A DNA stretch of 64,000 nucleotides from Octopus sinensis. Lineage: Eukaryota. How positions within the stretch are numbered: the first letter of the stretch is position 1; each line of letters opens with the position of its first letter. Position numbers and translations under genes: made by a program. Where the stretch lies: contig NC_043004.1 in the NCBI RefSeq assembly GCF_006345805.1, positions 4,154,001 to 4,218,000 on the forward strand, given 5' to 3'. This document shows positions 60,439 to 64,000 of this stretch, in pieces. The notes below the pieces were generated by a model. It saw only the letters and a list, made by a program, of their open reading frames with translations, searched no databases and was not told the origin of the DNA.

Positions 60439-61544
60439 CTGCAGAAAGAAAAACACAAAAGGTGATTACAAGTAAATGAGGAAATTTGTATGTGTTAGAA
60501 ATAGCAGACAAACCTTTTGAATATGGGTCTACACAGAGTCCACTTAGAATAAAAACAGATGATGATTAGCATTAAATTGATAATAACAACTGTTACACTA
60601 AATTACAAAAATTTCCTAAGACATAATGAAGGATCATCACTTTCTGAGTTAAGCTATTTCATGGAGGGTAGCATCCATCCAAATGCAGCCAAAATAACTC
60701 CTTTAAAGATCACTTCTTGACCCTAAGGACCAAAATCTAAATCCTACTAATAATACCACACTGTACTGTGCATGCCTCTAAACAAAAGGCATTAATTGCT
60801 TCAGTTACAGAAAATAGAAATTGCTTCTACTTTACATTCTTGTCATCAATGACAAAGAAAGTAACTACAAAAATCGTTTTCCAACAATATATGTAAATAT
60901 TTGGTCACCATCAGGGTCATATTGTACAAATTGAATAGATGGAGAAAAAGGTTTCATGTATTTTGTAGTTGAAAAAAAAGCTAATTTAAATTCATTTTTA
61001 CTTCCCTAAAAGTGAACGAGTTGCCCTTTTTCTTTGCAAAGCAAACAGAGTAAAATAGAGAAAGGGCAAAGAGGATTATTCATGCATTATAAATACTATG
61101 TTTGATGGCAATAACGATGCACAAGAATATTAGACACGCCCTAATTTCAACAGCACATATTCAGAGAAAAGTTTTTAGTACACCGAAACAAGTAATATAG
61201 GCCCAGCTTTTACCTATAAGAAGTGAGGGGAGTTTTTGAGACATTCTTTTGGAAAAAAGAACATCTTACATGTCATCAAATACAGTTAATGATTAAGAAA
61301 CTTAAAAAGAGAATGAGACATTCCTAAAGTCTGGTGCAGATCTCTGTTGTCAAGTGTTTATTAATTGTGAAGGTTTCCCTAACATTGCTAAAAATAATAA
61401 TTGCAAAAGAAAATGACGCATAACTAGTTCAACCAATTATTATTTTGTAATTCTTACACAAAACACATTTTTGGAAAATCTACTTGGACTTCTTTGCATA
61501 CAATTAAAATCCGTAATTTATTTCAAATAAACAACATCATCATA

Positions 61545-61709
61545 GGCGCAGGAGTGGCTGTGTGGTAAGTAGCTTGCTAACCAACCACATGGTTGTGAGT
61601 TCAGTCCCACTGCGTGGCATCTTGGGCAAGTGTCTTCTGCTATAGCCCTGGGCCGACCAATGCCTTGTGAGTGGATTTGGTAGACAGAAACTGAAAGAAG
61701 CCTGTCGTA

Positions 61710-61749
<40 letters not shown>

Positions 61750-61977
61750 CGTGTGTGTGTTTGTGTGTCTGTGTTTGTCCCCCTAGCATTGCTTGACAAC
61801 CGATGCTGGTGTGTTTACGTCCCCGTCACTTAGCGGTTCGGCAAAAGAGACCGATAAAATAAGTACTGGGCTTACAAAGAATAAGTCCCAGGGTAAATTT
61901 GATCGACTAAAGGCGGTGCTCCAGCATGGCCGCAGTCAAATGACTGAAACAAGTAAAAGAGTAAAGAGTAAAAGAGT
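61545..61977 (+). mobile_element. SINE family A copy (young, full length)
   Basis: Head, core, (TA)n/(TG)n linker and GTAAAAGA tail all present. Confidence 0.92.
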
Positions 61978-62044
61978 ATCATCATCATGACACCAACTAT
62001 TCTTCTTCACCAATCTTGCATTGCTGGCTATTAACATTCATAAT

Positions 62045-62475
62045 CATTGTTTTAATGCCTATTTTTCCATGCTTGCATGGGTCAGGTAAGACAACATTAG
62101 AGAAGAGTTTTCTGTGGCCAATGTCCTTCCTGATGCCAACCCTCACTTGTTTCTAAGCAAGGTAATAATCCCCCAGTCTATAAAACAATGGACAGTTTGT
62201 CCATTATGTAGAGAAATGGGAATAGATGACACTGTATAAATGTGCCTATTGTTTACAATAAGTAAACACACATGATGGGAAATATGAACTCATTCATACA
62301 AACACACATGTACATAACAGCCTTCTTCAGTTTCCATCAACCAACTTCACTAAGTAATTGATCAACCAGCACCTGCAGTATAGAATATCAACCAACAATA
62401 TCCATTTAGTGAGACTGAACCCTTAACTACTACATGTTTCTGAAGTGAACTTCTTAACCACACAGCCATACCTGC
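62045..62475 (-). mobile_element. SINE A' copy
   Basis: TTTTCCATGCTTGCATGGGTCAG tail and CTTCTTAACCACACAGCC head. Confidence 0.7.
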
Positions 62476-64000
62476 ACCAATTAAATATAGATGCCCAACA
62501 AAGACATATATGGAAGTGTATATATGTGTGTGTATGTATGTCCCTATATATGTCGAGGTTTTACAGAATAAATACATTCGGTGGTAATAATCACTGAGAG
62601 AAGTTGCTGCCAGAAAACAACCATTTCAATACCTTAATGACAACATATTACACTTTAAATATTGAATGAAAAATTTCTTTTTTCACCTTCAATTAAATAA
62701 TTCCTGCCTACTTTTTTCTGGTGTTATTATACAATAAATTATTACATGTTGGAAAAAAGTCTGAATGTAGCTTGTAGCTAATATAGGAGAAAACTCTGGA
62801 TAGATGCCAATAGTTTGATCTTATAAAAGGGTATGAATTCGGAAACAATGGTCCACAAAATGAGAAATGTGTATTTTTCTTCTTTTTTTTTATGTCTCTT
62901 TTACATCTCTTTTTCTATCTAGAGACAGCGTTTTTCCATCTAGTATAGGATGAAATAGATATTAATAAGTGGGTCATATATGTTGCATATACAAGGGTCC
63001 CAGAAGTAGAGCCGGAATCAATAGTGAAACATTCAGTAAGGAACAAAACCGTCATTATATCTTTGATCTTAGTCTATTTGAAACTGAAGTAATGAGATTC
63101 AGAAACAAGTAGCAACAAAATGTTTCAGTAGACATACAATTTATAAGCTCAGTGAAAAACTGAAAATGTTTCACTAACAGCTTGGATGTATCAGTGATCC
63201 TTACCATATTTGTGCTTGAAAAGTGGCAAGCCAGATCTCATCAAGATCTCATTGTCCATTAAGATTCAAAAATATTTTAAAAATTTTAAATACACCTTTT
63301 GTCATCATCATCATCATCGTTTAACGTCCATTTTCCATGCTGGCATGGGTTGGATGGTTCAACTGGGGTCTGGGAAGCCAGGAGGTTACACCAGGCTCCA
63401 ATCTGATCTGGCAGTGTTTCTACAGCTTGATGCCCTTCCTAATACCAACCATACCAAGAGTGTAGTGGGTGCTTTTATATGCCACTGGCACAGGGTCCAG
63501 AGAGAGCTGGCATTGAACACATTTTGGGATGGAGCTTTTTTTGCCACAGGAGCCAGTCAAGGCAGTGCTGGCATCGGCCACATTCAGATGGTACTTTTTA
63601 CATGCCACCGGTACAGGGAGCCAGACAGGCAGCACTGGCATCATCCACAACTACAATTCCCATTTGTGGTTTGATTTGATTTTGATGTGCTTAACCCAAT
63701 AGGTCTCCTCAAGCACAGCTGTGTCTTCTACAGTGTAAAATCTTAGCTAAGTTTTGTCCCCAAAGGATTAAAACAGGAATGAAAGCATCAACACAAAAAC
63801 AATTGTAGTAAGACTATCAACTATAGACAGTCATTTGTCAGGTTATCAGTAAAATGGATCTTGTTATGTGAATTTCTTGGAATTTAAGCAGAGAAAATAC
63901 TTGGTGACAAATGCACCATGTTTCAATTGATAAAGAACCCAACTCAAAATTCATTTAATCATTTTTACTAAGGATAATTAAGTGGCGTATTTGGATTATC

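Noticed and set aside
63210-63679. 154-aa ORF, the longest in the track
   Set aside because: It lies over a reverse-oriented RTE 3'-end repeat and has no recognisable domain.
1-64000. Prokaryotic system (operon, CRISPR array, defence island)
   Set aside because: Spliced eukaryotic gene, SINEs and microsatellites; no gene-dense ORF runs and no repeat-spacer arrays.
60439-64000. First coding exon of NudE (…EEE..YWK…)
   Set aside because: No matching frame with a phase-2 donor was found; it probably lies beyond the window.

Overview
This is AT-rich, microsatellite- and SINE-dense eukaryotic DNA. The repeat families and composition suggest a cephalopod, probably Octopus (inference). It is not prokaryotic: no operons, CRISPR arrays, rRNA or bona fide tRNA genes were found. 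The window is dominated by one large minus-strand gene, a NudE/NDE1/NDEL1 dynein-LIS1 regulator. Seven internal coding exons were reconstructed with consistent splice phases (60438-60285, 49347-49199, 44887-44842, 42788-42698, 40743-40513, 36534-36464, 29956-29856). Its first coding exon was not found and probably lies beyond position 64000. The 3' end is unusual: several spaced, in-phase candidate terminal exons lie between about 22.9 kb and 9.7 kb, some with hydrophobic tails, and the best one ends in a UGA-C stop followed by an open 28-codon extension. The introns hold a decayed DD34D mariner, a Gypsy-type LTR element with TSD and an internal inversion, Helitron helicase and Helentron/HINE relics, piggyBac- and Harbinger-like MITEs, and many tRNA-derived SINEs. 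They also hold a 488-bp head-to-head palindromic retro-insertion whose arms combine a tRNA-like head with a minimal hammerhead ribozyme. The left end has a Merlin (ISXO2-like) transposon with TIRs and an 8-bp TSD, a CpG-rich promoter-like region, and possibly the first exon of a neighbouring minus-strand gene. All analysis was done by eye; repeat boundaries are approximate unless a TSD or TIR is quoted.
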